Shown here: in pieces, positions 1 through 9,970 of the stretch
Position numbering within the stretch: the stretch's first letter is position 1
How the letters are laid out: each line of letters begins with the position of its first letter
Sequence record: NC_021531.1
DNA length: 64,000 nt
Strand: one strand, 5' to 3'
Translations under genes and position numbers: made by a program
The notes under the pieces: model-generated
Databases searched by the model: none
What the model was told of the DNA's origin: nothing
Seen by the model: the letters and a program-made list of their open reading frames with translations, nothing else

Positions 1-495
1 ATGCAATCAGAACTGTTTATCAAACACATGAACGAAACTGCCTACTTTGAAGCGGAGACTGGTGCAGATGCCGTCTCACCACGTGAGGTCCTTCGACAAG
101 CGCTTTCGCGGTGGCACAATGCGAATACTGGAAAGTATCTGCAGACAGTTATCGTTGTTACTACAACTATCAGCGATGTGGCTGATCATGAAGAGCTAGG
201 CTATACTGCCGTATGGCTTGATACAGACGTTGTTGACGAAGAAGACATCACCACCTTACTTATTGGCGGTTTGGTGCCGGCTGACATCAACGGCACCCCC
301 GTCCCGGCGGCAGGCGGTAAATTAATTGCACGCGGATATCTCTGGAACACCGACCTTTGTTTCGTGCAATGTTTAGATAGTACGCAGGATATCAATACAC
401 GACTGCTCACTGCAGACATTCTGAAAGATGCTATCGTGTCCGAATTCGAAAAGATTCTACCCTACGAAGAATATTTGGCTAAAACAGCAGAATAA
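1..495 (+). CDS. hypothetical protein
   Basis: 164-aa ORF from the ATG at the window edge (true start may differ); no recognisable motif. Confidence 0.6.
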   Translation: MQSELFIKHMNETAYFEAETGADAVSPREVLRQALSRWHNANTGKYLQTVIVVTTTISDVADHEELGYTAVWLDTDVVDEEDITTLLIGGLVPADINGTPVPAAGGKLIARGYLWNTDLCFVQCLDSTQDINTRLLTADILKDAIVSEFEKILPYEEYLAKTAE

Positions 496-528
496 ATACC
501 CCACTATCCTTATACTTGGAGACATCAC

Positions 529-1026
529 ATGACCGCAATTTTAACGCATGTTACGCTTGGCGAACAAGAACATGAACTGCTACCTTTCGCTAAACTGCAA
601 GGTAATTACTCTGACCATGAAATCAGCTACCAGTTAGGCCAGCGGATTACCGACAGTATCCACCAAATGCAGGCGAACGGGTTGATGGACTTACGTGGTA
701 CTAACTTCATTTACGTTCACGAATACCGGCGGTGGGATGGGCGCATGATTGAAGACGACCGTTACAACGACGTCTCCATCACCATGTTCAAATCCCCTGA
801 CAGTTTATTCCTTCGCCGTATCTATTCACCGGACGAGGGATATACGTACTCCTTTGAAGAGAACGGTGGGATGGACGGTTCGGTGTGGGGGATGACCTAC
901 CGCAATGGTCAGCCTATTGTCCAGTCTATTCAGCGCGGCGGTAAAATCGACGATGCGTTACCGCACTATTTAAAACAACCTTTCGAGACTTTACTCGGCT
1001 ACATGCAAACGGGGATGAAACTCTAA
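529..1026 (+). CDS. hypothetical protein
   Basis: 165-aa ORF with GGAG SD upstream; TAATG overlap with next gene. Confidence 0.75.
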   Translation: MTAILTHVTLGEQEHELLPFAKLQGNYSDHEISYQLGQRITDSIHQMQANGLMDLRGTNFIYVHEYRRWDGRMIEDDRYNDVSITMFKSPDSLFLRRIYSPDEGYTYSFEENGGMDGSVWGMTYRNGQPIVQSIQRGGKIDDALPHYLKQPFETLLGYMQTGMKL

Positions 1027-1526
1027 TGGTCGCTATCATCACTAACAACGGCAAGCACAAACTCACAGTAGACTCGTCGGGCGATTTCCGCTCAATGATT
1101 GCACTGGAGAAGAATGCGGTAAACAGCCTTTACCGTGTTCTGCATACCGAACTCGAACGCCAGTGCATGCGTCAACGCGTGGATAATATCCTCGTGCTTG
1201 AAACGATGTCGATGGAACGTTCAGAGACTATCCGGGTTTCTTACAACGTCGGGTTCAACATTCCGATTGAGCTGGCGTCGGATTGTCAGATGGTCGAATA
1301 CTCTACTAACGACCTTGCTGAAATCACAGGACGACTGGAATTCGTTGATAAAGACATGATTCGTTATCGTCGCACCATTCTGATTACCCCTACGCAGATT
1401 AACGCGATGTCTATCGACGGTAATGATTTCGATGAGACGCTGGCCCATGACCTTCAACGTCGCCTGAACGAGTACACGGCGCTGTATCCGCATCGTGGAC
1501 TCTCTGAAGCGACAAAAGCGCTGTAA
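1026..1526 (+). CDS. hypothetical protein
   Basis: 166-aa ORF translationally coupled to previous gene. Confidence 0.75.
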   Translation: MVAIITNNGKHKLTVDSSGDFRSMIALEKNAVNSLYRVLHTELERQCMRQRVDNILVLETMSMERSETIRVSYNVGFNIPIELASDCQMVEYSTNDLAEITGRLEFVDKDMIRYRRTILITPTQINAMSIDGNDFDETLAHDLQRRLNEYTALYPHRGLSEATKAL

Positions 1527-1537
1527 GTTTATGGGGG

Positions 1538-1565
1538 TTTTTTACAAGACCCCCGATTGATATAG
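1538..1565 (+). promoter_or_regulatory. putative phage (middle-type) promoter TTTTTTACA-N12-GATATAG
   Basis: Recurrent bipartite motif with fixed 12-nt spacer; upstream of 1589 gene. Confidence 0.6.
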
Positions 1566-1588
1566 ACCCTCTGCTAAAGGTATTGACA

Positions 1589-2503
1589 ATGACACATCTC
1601 GAAGAGCAATTAAAACGCATTCATCTCTCCCCGGCGCAGGAGAACTTTTTTCGTCAGGTCGCCACCATCGATAACGATAAGTATCTTGATGCTACCGACA
1701 CAACTGCGGCAGTCCGCCATGCTGCGGTGCAGTTAGCCAAAGATGTGCTCGAAGGTAAGCCTCTGTATCAGGTATTTATCAACACCGCGGACGAAGAGAA
1801 ATCTTACCGTATTCGCCCACGCCAGTTAAAGCTTGACCTCGGTGGATATGTTTACACTGACAACTGGGCAGTTAATACTTTTGACTTCGCAGTGTTATTC
1901 GGCGTCGCCATGAAAACGGTTTACGTTAATAACGACCTTGTGTTGAACGTATCCCCAGAAGGGGCAATCCTGTTTAACGAGGCGTTATTGTCCGCACAGT
2001 GCAACTACGTCGAATCGGCGTTCGCGATTGCAACCGCTGACAAAGCCCCACTTAACGAATTACTACCGATGATTTTCGCGTACATCAAAGGTGTGCTGCT
2101 CGTTAAGCAGAAAGTCCGCGTCCCAAAAATAGATGGTGAATTCGACGATGTTCGCCGTCGCCTGTCCAAGTATATTCCCAAACGTTCGACTTGGACGGAC
2201 TACCTGCAGTTTTACAGTGTTAAGCTGCCGTTTGACGGTCCGACCGGTCCCGTGGACTTGCTGGCAAGCTTGACCGATATCACCGTCGATTCGTTGCCGG
2301 GTACACAGCTTTACTACAAATCGCTCGGTGGACAGTGTATCTGTTTGCAGACGCTGCAGGAAGTAGAGCAGCCTGCTATCACTGACGGTATCTTCACTGC
2401 CGCGCATGACGCGGCGTTACTCACCCCTGAACTGCTTTATATCGACACGCCTGAGCGTGAGCAAGAGCTGTACAATCTTTTCCAATTCTACCATAAGGGC
2501 TAA
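1589..2503 (+). CDS. hypothetical protein
   Basis: Long ORF; ATG 1589 preceded by AAGG SD. Confidence 0.8.
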   Translation: MTHLEEQLKRIHLSPAQENFFRQVATIDNDKYLDATDTTAAVRHAAVQLAKDVLEGKPLYQVFINTADEEKSYRIRPRQLKLDLGGYVYTDNWAVNTFDFAVLFGVAMKTVYVNNDLVLNVSPEGAILFNEALLSAQCNYVESAFAIATADKAPLNELLPMIFAYIKGVLLVKQKVRVPKIDGEFDDVRRRLSKYIPKRSTWTDYLQFYSVKLPFDGPTGPVDLLASLTDITVDSLPGTQLYYKSLGGQCICLQTLQEVEQPAITDGIFTAAHDAALLTPELLYIDTPEREQELYNLFQFYHKG

Positions 2504-2506
2504 GAC

Positions 2507-3400
2507 ATGTCTGACCGTTTTCATTCTTACTTTAAAGATTACGAACATTCACCTGAGCAACGTGCGTCTATGTTAGCTGCCGCCGCTCGTCTGATGGTCG
2601 CCGTCGTGTTCGACAAACCTATCATCGTAGTGGGTGAAGATTTTGACGGCGTCGAATCACCTGACCGTGAAGGTGAGCTCGATGTCAGCGCGTTAACACC
2701 ACGTTTCCAGAATCGTACTTTCGTCCGCATGATTGACGTACCGTATCTGATTCCGGAAGAAGTCCGTCAGTGGCAGAAACATCCGAACTACAAAGACGTT
2801 GACCTGCGTGCCGCGGTCGAAGAAAGTCATCTGGCTTTCGGCATGCCGTTCTTTGAGCACTTCGGTGAGTTCTTCAAGAAGAACGACGACGGTAGCTGGG
2901 TAGTTGAACTGGGTAAACTGGTTTGCACTGACAAACCGGGTCTGGTTGCTGCGGCGCGTGAATGGCTGCAAGCTTATCGCGAGTCCGAGCATTACGACGC
3001 GGCGCAGGCTGGTCTGAACCTGCAACGTGACGCTACGACCTACATCGGGTTCATTGAGAACGGTGTGCTGGACGAGCATGAACGTACTCACACTCTGAAG
3101 TCGGCGCATCTGTACTTCATGCGTATGTTCCGTTGGCTGCCTCTGCCGGAAGCGGCCGATGGTTATGCGCTCTGGAAACAGACGCTGGAGGAAGACTTCG
3201 AGCACGTTAACGAAATGTCCAGCGACTGGCCTCAGCTGTGGCCGTGCACTGTAGTTGATAACCCAGACGATCTGCTCGACCGTCAGTTCCCTATCGTGCA
3301 AACCGATAAAGACCTCGGCGCTTTCGGTAATGACGCTTACGGCGGGTACTGCATCTACATGCCGCGTTATGTGCTGGCGCAGTATACGTTCGACTGCTAA
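2507..3400 (+). CDS. hypothetical protein
   Basis: 297-aa ORF, phage-typical codon usage, followed by terminator. Confidence 0.8.
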   Translation: MSDRFHSYFKDYEHSPEQRASMLAAAARLMVAVVFDKPIIVVGEDFDGVESPDREGELDVSALTPRFQNRTFVRMIDVPYLIPEEVRQWQKHPNYKDVDLRAAVEESHLAFGMPFFEHFGEFFKKNDDGSWVVELGKLVCTDKPGLVAAAREWLQAYRESEHYDAAQAGLNLQRDATTYIGFIENGVLDEHERTHTLKSAHLYFMRMFRWLPLPEAADGYALWKQTLEEDFEHVNEMSSDWPQLWPCTVVDNPDDLLDRQFPIVQTDKDLGAFGNDAYGGYCIYMPRYVLAQYTFDC

Positions 3401-3403
3401 GCC

Positions 3404-3438
3404 AAAGACCCCACTTCGGTGGGGTTCTTTATTTTTTT
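3404..3438 (+). terminator. intrinsic terminator
   Basis: ACCCCAC-TTCG-GTGGGGT hairpin plus T tract. Confidence 0.85.
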
Positions 3439-3462
3439 ATGGAATGGCCGTCTAGACTGATA

Positions 3463-3490
3463 TTTTTTACAGTTGACCCGTTTGATATAG
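3463..3490 (+). promoter_or_regulatory. putative phage (middle-type) promoter
   Basis: TTTTTTACA-N12-GATATAG, followed by AAGGAG SD and GTG at 3508. Confidence 0.6.
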
Positions 3491-3507
3491 TGGAAAGGAG
3501 AGATTTC

Positions 3508-3885
3508 GTGAATAAGAACTTTTTTGACTACTTGAGGGCGGGTGAGTTTCCTTGTGAGGTCACCTACGACGGAGGCAAATATAAAACGTTTATCGCGTTC
3601 ATTACCACGACTCCCTACTTCAAGAGTTTCATCGATGAATTTACCGCTGTAGAAGAATGCATCAACTTTGAATTACCGCATACCTTGACCTGTCCGTCCG
3701 CACTGACAGTCGCCGATGTTAAAACCATGATGAAAAATTCAGACCACATGGACTACCTGTTGCGGCATCTGGTTGATAAGTTGCTCCGTGCAGAGGATTC
3801 GTATGAGTCAATCTTCGCGGCGTTGTTTGACTATTACTACATGGTTCGGAACTACACCCAGATACCATTAGACACCGTACACTAA
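3508..3885 (+). CDS. hypothetical protein
   Basis: ORF; start moved to GTG 3508 because of AAGGAG SD and upstream promoter motif. Confidence 0.65.
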   Translation: MNKNFFDYLRAGEFPCEVTYDGGKYKTFIAFITTTPYFKSFIDEFTAVEECINFELPHTLTCPSALTVADVKTMMKNSDHMDYLLRHLVDKLLRAEDSYESIFAALFDYYYMVRNYTQIPLDTVH

Positions 3886-3907
3886 CTTCCGAGTGAGGAG
3901 AGAAACA

Positions 3908-4297
3908 ATGGGTAGAAAGATTAGCCCGGTGGACGTAGTTCGACTCCACCCGGACGACCTTGCCAACATCAAGCCGAAGTCTGAGCTGGATAAGAAATTC
4001 TTAACAGGAATTGAGTGGGGTTTTGCCCTACATCCGGATGAGGTTCGTAATACTGAACAACCCCACCTGAAAGGTCCGGTTGAAATCGACTGGCGTACCG
4101 CAGGGGAAGGTTGCGACGACATCGTGTCAGCGATTAATGCGGTTACTGTCAGCAGTGAGGATTTACCGATTGCCGGCCCTGCCGAGCACCTCATCTCCTT
4201 GCGCCGATTTATCAACGCCCAAGCGGAAACGGTACGTAACGGCGATGCGTGGCAGCTGGGGACTTCATTACATCTGAAGTCTGTATTCGGCGGATGA
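3908..4297 (+). CDS. hypothetical protein
   Basis: ORF; ATG 3908 after GAGGAG SD. Confidence 0.7.
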   Translation: MGRKISPVDVVRLHPDDLANIKPKSELDKKFLTGIEWGFALHPDEVRNTEQPHLKGPVEIDWRTAGEGCDDIVSAINAVTVSSEDLPIAGPAEHLISLRRFINAQAETVRNGDAWQLGTSLHLKSVFGG

Positions 4298-4310
4298 AAA
4301 AAAGAAGAGA

Positions 4311-4350
4311 CTACTCTCCCCAGCGGGAGAGTAGCTACTTTTATTTTTTT
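4311..4350. terminator. bidirectional intrinsic terminator
   Basis: CTACTCTCCC-CAGC-GGGAGAGTAG with A tract before and T tract after, between convergent genes. Confidence 0.85.
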
Positions 4351-5161
4351 ATACTGCGAAGCGACCACCGCTACGGTAGTTATCACGGTTGCCTTGGTTG
4401 TCGTTGTGGACCAACGCACGCTTAGCAACCAGTAACTGGTCATCGTAGGATTGACCGGCATCGCGATACTCTTCAACGAAGTCTTTGAACTTATCGAACG
4501 ACACACCGTTTTCTAAACGGGCTACGTCCAAGTCCAGTGAGAGTTGGTTGTAGATGTATTGCTTAGTTGCCCACGATGCCAATAATGCAATCGCCGGATA
4601 GAACGGTGGTTTAATCTCGTTCAGTTCCGGGGACAGCTTCGTACGCACCTTCAGTCGGGTTCCGTACTGGAACATACCCGGGTCTTTAACGGACACCGTG
4701 TTCGGACCCAGTACAATCACTTCAGACGACGTCAGGCGAGGCATCGCTGAGTGGGAGTTCACCACTTGCTCAGTGCTGGAAACCACGCCCGATGTTGAAC
4801 CAGTCAGGTACGAACCTGCCGGTGGAAGGGTATACGCTTGTCCCGCAACAGGAGTTCCCACTAAGTGCGCTGCGATGATATCATTACCGCCGGTACGCTC
4901 TTCAGGGATGTAATAAATGCGAGTGAATTGGTCGTGAGGGTCTTGCTCGTAGGATAACGCCGAAAGGTCGATTTCTTTCAACTGGCCGAATTGCGAGAGG
5001 TCGGGGATAACAGTATCCTTTAAGACTTTCTCAACAATCTGGTTCTCAATTGACGCCGGTGCGCCAAACATTCGCATTCCGGGTTCAATGAAAGTAGCAT
5101 CCAGAATCGGTTTCGGGATATTCCGCCGTATCATTCTGAGGCATGCGTCGATGGCACTCAT
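4349..5161 (-). CDS. probable virion structural protein (late gene)
   Basis: 270-aa ORF with GGAG SD; TATG late-type motif upstream on minus strand; product inferred from orientation and context only. Confidence 0.55.
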   Translation of the reverse strand: MSAIDACLRMIRRNIPKPILDATFIEPGMRMFGAPASIENQIVEKVLKDTVIPDLSQFGQLKEIDLSALSYEQDPHDQFTRIYYIPEERTGGNDIIAAHLVGTPVAGQAYTLPPAGSYLTGSTSGVVSSTEQVVNSHSAMPRLTSSEVIVLGPNTVSVKDPGMFQYGTRLKVRTKLSPELNEIKPPFYPAIALLASWATKQYIYNQLSLDLDVARLENGVSFDKFKDFVEEYRDAGQSYDDQLLVAKRALVHNDNQGNRDNYRSGGRFAV

Positions 5162-5281
5162 TATAAGCTCCTAGAAATCATTATGCGGGGTTCATAGCAT
5201 CTGTCTAACCCTACCCTACAGGGGTAAGTTTTTTTACAACACGGACCCATTCTTTGGGGGTTCAATCAATCTAATTAGAAA

Positions 5282-5292
5282 CATATATTATC
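5282..5292 (+). promoter_or_regulatory. putative early (vRNAP) promoter
   Basis: CATATATTATC, similar to phiKZ early motif TATATTAC. Confidence 0.5.
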
Positions 5293-5322
5293 TGTGGGAA
5301 GCAGTATACATGTGGAGTTTCT

Positions 5323-5670
5323 ATGTCTGAAATTATCCTGGTCATACCCCCGGTAGACTTATCAGCGTTGGGTCGCGTTTATCAAGTGAATCGTTTGTCA
5401 TTTGTGGAGCTGGCCCGCGCTATCGAGAATTTGATATACCCGGGGCGTCACTTGGACATAAGTGATGCGTACAATACTTTCGCCGAGGCTTTCTTTGCTA
5501 CCGACCTGTGGTTCACTATCTCAACTCTGGGTCAAGAAAAACCTCTGTACTTTAAAGAAATTAACGGAGCATTAGTCGCATGTACAACTTTAAATTCTAC
5601 CCAGCTGACGTTCATGGTTGGTTTTGGGATGCGATCCAAAAGACAGGCTATGCAGACGCGTTACGCATGA
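5323..5670 (+). CDS. hypothetical protein
   Basis: 115-aa ORF, GGAG SD, first of a coupled operon. Confidence 0.7.
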   Translation: MSEIILVIPPVDLSALGRVYQVNRLSFVELARAIENLIYPGRHLDISDAYNTFAEAFFATDLWFTISTLGQEKPLYFKEINGALVACTTLNSTQLTFMVGFGMRSKRQAMQTRYA

Positions 5671-6188
5671 GAACGCGCGAGCAGGAGCAGATGACTGTCG
5701 ATATGCTCAACTGCGCGTTGTTCTTTACGTTTAAATCCGTCGAAGCAATTCCTGGATTTACGCCGGAAGAGTTGTTGGCTAAATACATTAATCCTGAGCA
5801 GCTATTCGAATTCCTGAATAAGAACGGTGAAGCCCGTCCGGTTCGCCACGCTGTGGTTCGTACTATCCGTCAGAACGTGTTTGACCCACACTCACCTCTG
5901 ATACATGTCCCTGACGTTATCGTCAAACGGCCTCCGGATATCGAGTTAGCGTACATGGCGTACAATGACGCGTTCCGCTCGTTCCGTGACAAAGTCGAAT
6001 TAATGATTCGTCGTGTACTGGGCGATAAATTCAACCGCTATGCTATAGTTGAGCTTACTGCGCTCGCAGACGCCAATGAAATCGTACGTGCGTTGAATTT
6101 GAAAATACACGGCGACATCCGTCACAAATATTACATGGAACAATTCCCAGATGGCCGATTTGACAGCGGAAAGGGTGGTGGGCATTGA
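5580..6188 (+). CDS. hypothetical protein
   Basis: ORF; start 5580 (GGAG upstream) or 5667 (ATGA overlap). Confidence 0.7.
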   Translation: MYNFKFYPADVHGWFWDAIQKTGYADALRMRTREQEQMTVDMLNCALFFTFKSVEAIPGFTPEELLAKYINPEQLFEFLNKNGEARPVRHAVVRTIRQNVFDPHSPLIHVPDVIVKRPPDIELAYMAYNDAFRSFRDKVELMIRRVLGDKFNRYAIVELTALADANEIVRALNLKIHGDIRHKYYMEQFPDGRFDSGKGGGH

Positions 6189-6543
6189 TGTAATTCTAAC
6201 CACCGCATGGACAACCCTTATTTTAGACGATGACGAACGCGACTACCATTTGTTTACGCGTTACCAACGTCACGTGCTTTTGAAAGACATACTTCACGGC
6301 TTATTCCCAAATTACTTACAAAACTACAACGAGTGGGGTGCCATTGACATGGGCTTTACCCACCGTTTAGTTTGCTCGTACATCCGTGAAGCGAAAATGG
6401 ACTTATCCCGACTCATTGGTCTTGAATTAATGCGGGCCATGCGCGGGTGTATGGGCATTGAGAAAGGGTATCGTTTTTACTATCGTATCGACGGAAAGCT
6501 ACTCCGGTATTATCCGCGTCGGTCTAGGAGGTATGATGGTTAA
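6151..6543 (+). CDS. hypothetical protein
   Basis: 130-aa ORF overlapping neighbours. Confidence 0.65.
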   Translation: MADLTAERVVGIDVILTTAWTTLILDDDERDYHLFTRYQRHVLLKDILHGLFPNYLQNYNEWGAIDMGFTHRLVCSYIREAKMDLSRLIGLELMRAMRGCMGIEKGYRFYYRIDGKLLRYYPRRSRRYDG

Positions 6544-6931
6544 ACTATCCCATCGTGTAATTTATTTCGACTTGTCTCCCGTCTATCAAGCGTTGCGTAA
6601 GCCGCTCGAGAAAGCGGGTGGGGACAGTGTAGATTTTTACTTGTCCATCGGTGAGTATGACCACCTCGTTCGACAAATTGTTTTGTTGGACCTACTCACC
6701 CGCACTGAGCACATTACCTTCTGTTCAGCGCAGTTAGCATTGAAACGGTATGTGCGGGATATGGATTTCTTAATCTGCTTCCCGCAAGCCGTCAATCTTT
6801 TAGAGAGCGAATTGGGTAATTCACGTGCGGTATTCCATAGCGTGGAAGACGCCATCCCCGTACCCATTAATCCATACACGATGATGGAGCCAGTCAAAGG
6901 CACCATCTGGGCATTTATCACAGGAGCCTAA
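6536..6931 (+). CDS. hypothetical protein
   Basis: AGGAGG SD at 6526-6531; ATG at 6533 or 6536. Confidence 0.7.
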   Translation: MVKLSHRVIYFDLSPVYQALRKPLEKAGGDSVDFYLSIGEYDHLVRQIVLLDLLTRTEHITFCSAQLALKRYVRDMDFLICFPQAVNLLESELGNSRAVFHSVEDAIPVPINPYTMMEPVKGTIWAFITGA

Positions 6932-6932
6932 A

Positions 6933-7436
6933 ATGCAAGACACTCGCGACGAGTATTATCTGATTCCGGACTATCAAAATCTGGTAGGGCAGTTGACGGA
7001 ATTCGACCCGGGCTCGTTACTCTCGGCTGTTTGTGAAGACGTCAACAAGATGCTCAACTATGTGTTGATGCTTCGTGAAGATAACGAAGAAATCCCGACC
7101 ATGATGGAAAGCACCATGCAGTACATCCATCGTGAAATGGCGGAACGTAAAGTTATCCTGACGCAAGAACAAGCGCTGGAGTACGGACGCTTAGTGGGTC
7201 AGTTGGTTCGTGCGTACATCAGCGCCATCACCAGCACCTTCTTCTGGTTTACTCGTCATGCTCAATGGGTTGGTGCGCGCTATACTGGCGACGGCTCTGG
7301 TGGCGTGGAGTTCATTCTGCGTTATGGCGTTGTTAAGCTGCCGGAGTACGAAGACCCTGCGGTCGTGCGTGCCCTGGGTCCTGAAGTCTCCACCAAGCTT
7401 GATTTGCTGGCGGGTCGTTTAGGGGCGAGCTTATGA
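6933..7436 (+). CDS. hypothetical protein
   Basis: 167-aa ORF, AGGAG SD. Confidence 0.8.
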   Translation: MQDTRDEYYLIPDYQNLVGQLTEFDPGSLLSAVCEDVNKMLNYVLMLREDNEEIPTMMESTMQYIHREMAERKVILTQEQALEYGRLVGQLVRAYISAITSTFFWFTRHAQWVGARYTGDGSGGVEFILRYGVVKLPEYEDPAVVRALGPEVSTKLDLLAGRLGASL

Positions 7437-7981
7437 GTAGACGTGTGCTGTATCCTGTGATGGATGCAATACACGCTTACGGTGTTGAGAGCTTCGCGGC
7501 TCTCATTCGCGAAAACCTCGTGGAAGGACTCGACGGAGTCAACATTGAGGTTTTCGACGACGCCAATTTTTATCGCGTGTTTGCATATGCGTATATCGCG
7601 GGGGCGATGAGCGGCAGTTCTCAGGTGTTCCTTGATGCGTTTGGTGTGGATAACCTTGAACCGTTGGACTTACATCCGAACGTTCCCGGAATCAAAACCG
7701 GACAATTTACGCTTGATGGCGACGATACCGTAAACTTCAGTCTCGACGACGATCCGAACGATTTGATTAACAGCGAAGTTGCCACGTTTATCTTACCGTT
7801 TACAGTAGACTCGTCTGAGGCGGATACGGTGGAAGTGACCAGTCGTTATGTCGATATGCTCAATAAAGAACTGTTTACGCAGACCGGTCTGGTGAGTGTG
7901 ATACGTTCGATGTTCCCGGGCCAATACATTGACTACCGAGGCGACGACCTCCTCTCCATGGTCGTTGTATGTGACGTATGA
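7433..7981 (+). CDS. hypothetical protein (acidic)
   Basis: 182-aa ORF, ATGA overlap. Confidence 0.75.
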   Translation: MSRRVLYPVMDAIHAYGVESFAALIRENLVEGLDGVNIEVFDDANFYRVFAYAYIAGAMSGSSQVFLDAFGVDNLEPLDLHPNVPGIKTGQFTLDGDDTVNFSLDDDPNDLINSEVATFILPFTVDSSEADTVEVTSRYVDMLNKELFTQTGLVSVIRSMFPGQYIDYRGDDLLSMVVVCDV

Positions 7982-8415
7982 AATTAATCCTGACCCTTGA
8001 AGACATCATTCCTCGTGAGAATGTCACGAAGACGGTTGACTTCATGCTAAAGGAAGGTATGCGTGAGCCACCGGCTCACGCGCTTATCTTTATTTTAGCG
8101 CAAACGTTTGTTAGCAACCTTACCGTCGACGCACAAGTCGGTGAGGGGGAGTTTGCCATGTTTACAGCACCACCTATTACATGTGGCAGGCTTGCGGTCA
8201 TAATCAAAAGAATGTTTCCGATGGACTCTGTTATCCCGATAAAGATGTGGGGAATGGGATGGGGCGATTTCCAGCCGAGCTATTTTAATTATGATAGACT
8301 CGTTACCATTCTCGGGGCGATGGACATGCTCTATCGCAAAGACGTCGTCATCGGTCAAGTTATCAAAGGACCAGCTGATACCCTTATCACTGTGGAACGC
8401 CCTTTTTCATTATGA
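7978..8415 (+). CDS. hypothetical protein
   Basis: 145-aa ORF, ATGA overlap. Confidence 0.7.
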   Translation: MKLILTLEDIIPRENVTKTVDFMLKEGMREPPAHALIFILAQTFVSNLTVDAQVGEGEFAMFTAPPITCGRLAVIIKRMFPMDSVIPIKMWGMGWGDFQPSYFNYDRLVTILGAMDMLYRKDVVIGQVIKGPADTLITVERPFSL

Positions 8416-8421
8416 CCTAAC

Positions 8422-8448
8422 TTTTTACAATTCATCCAACCTGTATAG
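8422..8448 (+). promoter_or_regulatory. putative phage (middle-type) promoter
   Basis: TTTTTACA-N12-TGTATAG. Confidence 0.6.
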
Positions 8449-8472
8449 GCACAGGTTAACTCGAGGTTGAAG

Positions 8473-9084
8473 ATGAGTCAGTACAACATTACAAATGCCG
8501 GGCCGGTTTTGCAGGACCACGGCATTATTGATTACCTGCAGGGGTCTGAGCCGTTCATGCGATTGATGAATGAATGGCAACGAGCGTTACAGGTCTGCGC
8601 TATCAGCCTCACCAAGGAGAACCTGGAGGCAATCGTAAGTGGGGAAGGTGAACCCTACGAAGAGATAGTCGCGCGCTTTTCATGGTCGATTATTGACCAG
8701 TACAATTTCGTCGTTCCGTTTAATCTGCGTGCAGAGTTGCGTGAGTTCATGAAAGCGGTATCGAAAGAATACCGCGTCTGGGAGTTCGACAAGGCGCTGT
8801 CGTCCGATTATCGTGAGGATGAGTACACTGAAGGTATGTGCATCATTCACGGCCTGTACAAAGAAGGGGCGAGTGACACTGCGGACTCTCAGGTGTTGGC
8901 GCAATATTTCGCAGACCGAGTAGCGCGGGGGCTGGCGAAAGCAATTGAAGCGAGTTATAAAACGCCACTGACATTTTTTATGAACCGCCACCCGAAAGAT
9001 TTTAAACGTGGGCTGATGCGCGTAACTTTTAACGACCAGAACCCGTTCGTTAAGTTCCAATTAGCCCTCACAATGGAGGATTAA
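8473..9084 (+). CDS. hypothetical protein
   Basis: ORF; ATG 8473 after GAGG SD. Confidence 0.75.
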   Translation: MSQYNITNAGPVLQDHGIIDYLQGSEPFMRLMNEWQRALQVCAISLTKENLEAIVSGEGEPYEEIVARFSWSIIDQYNFVVPFNLRAELREFMKAVSKEYRVWEFDKALSSDYREDEYTEGMCIIHGLYKEGASDTADSQVLAQYFADRVARGLAKAIEASYKTPLTFFMNRHPKDFKRGLMRVTFNDQNPFVKFQLALTMED

Positions 9085-9489
9085 ATGTTCGACATTAATA
9101 CTGTCCCGCATGGGGTTGTCGTAAACATCACCTACGATACGCCCTTGCGCGGGTCTGAGCAGTACGTCGAAGTGCTTGGTACCTGTGGCTACAAAATGGC
9201 CATGGATATCGAAGACGTAAACGCCATTCACCAAAACATCTACTCCTCGCTTGAAGCGCAACCGGCTAACAACCTGCAGGAGTACAACTTCCTCATCTTC
9301 CGTGATAAGGAAGGAATCAAACGCGCGGCTGCCGATGCGTGGATTCGTAATGTGGTTGTGGTGAAGAAGATTAAAGCACAATGCACGATTGCAATTGACA
9401 ATGTCGATGAGATTGAACACATTCGCCGGGCGCTTGCGTCACGTGGTCTGAATGATGTTGAAATCACCGTCATTGAGCAAACAGGTTAA
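9085..9489 (+). CDS. conserved phiKZ-like hypothetical protein (upstream of DNA polymerase, gp49-like)
   Basis: 134-aa ORF, GGAGG SD; assignment from recalled synteny. Confidence 0.6.
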   Translation: MFDINTVPHGVVVNITYDTPLRGSEQYVEVLGTCGYKMAMDIEDVNAIHQNIYSSLEAQPANNLQEYNFLIFRDKEGIKRAAADAWIRNVVVVKKIKAQCTIAIDNVDEIEHIRRALASRGLNDVEITVIEQTG

Positions 9490-9544
9490 GGGGCTCCGGC
9501 CCCTTTATTTTTTGGCACAGACTACAAACAGCAACCGGATAACC

Positions 9545-9841
9545 ATGAATCGTATAGAAGGCGTAGTAAGCGCTTATAATACCGACCCAGAAAACCCCAC
9601 TATCACTGTAACCTCTACCAAGACGGGCCGTGACTACACGGTACGTATTTGGTACGACCGCAAATTCTGGCGCGGCCTTCGCATGGGTGACACCGTAATG
9701 TTACAACTGAACAAGCAAGACGAGTACGGCCTAAAACAACTGCTGAAAGTTGGTGAAGGTGAGGGACTCGACTTTGGCGACAAATTCCCTAAGCCGTTTA
9801 ATCCTGCAGAGGACGGTGTGGGTAAGTGGCTCGTTCAGTGA
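9545..9841 (+). CDS. small hypothetical protein, possible OB fold
   Basis: beta-rich pattern ending LRMGDTVML. Confidence 0.55.
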   Translation: MNRIEGVVSAYNTDPENPTITVTSTKTGRDYTVRIWYDRKFWRGLRMGDTVMLQLNKQDEYGLKQLLKVGEGEGLDFGDKFPKPFNPAEDGVGKWLVQ

Positions 9842-9883
9842 TTTAATATGCAGAGGTACTGATTACTTTGAGATCGGACTCAC

Positions 9884-9922
9884 CCAGATTCCCACGTGGA
9901 GTCTGGGACTTTTTCTTTTTTT
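9884..9922 (+). terminator. intrinsic terminator
   Basis: CCCAGATTCC-CACGT-GGAGTCTGGG plus T tract. Confidence 0.75.
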
Positions 9923-9970
9923 ACGCATCCCGTCGTTAATGTGTCCAATAACAATAACCGCGGTGCCATC

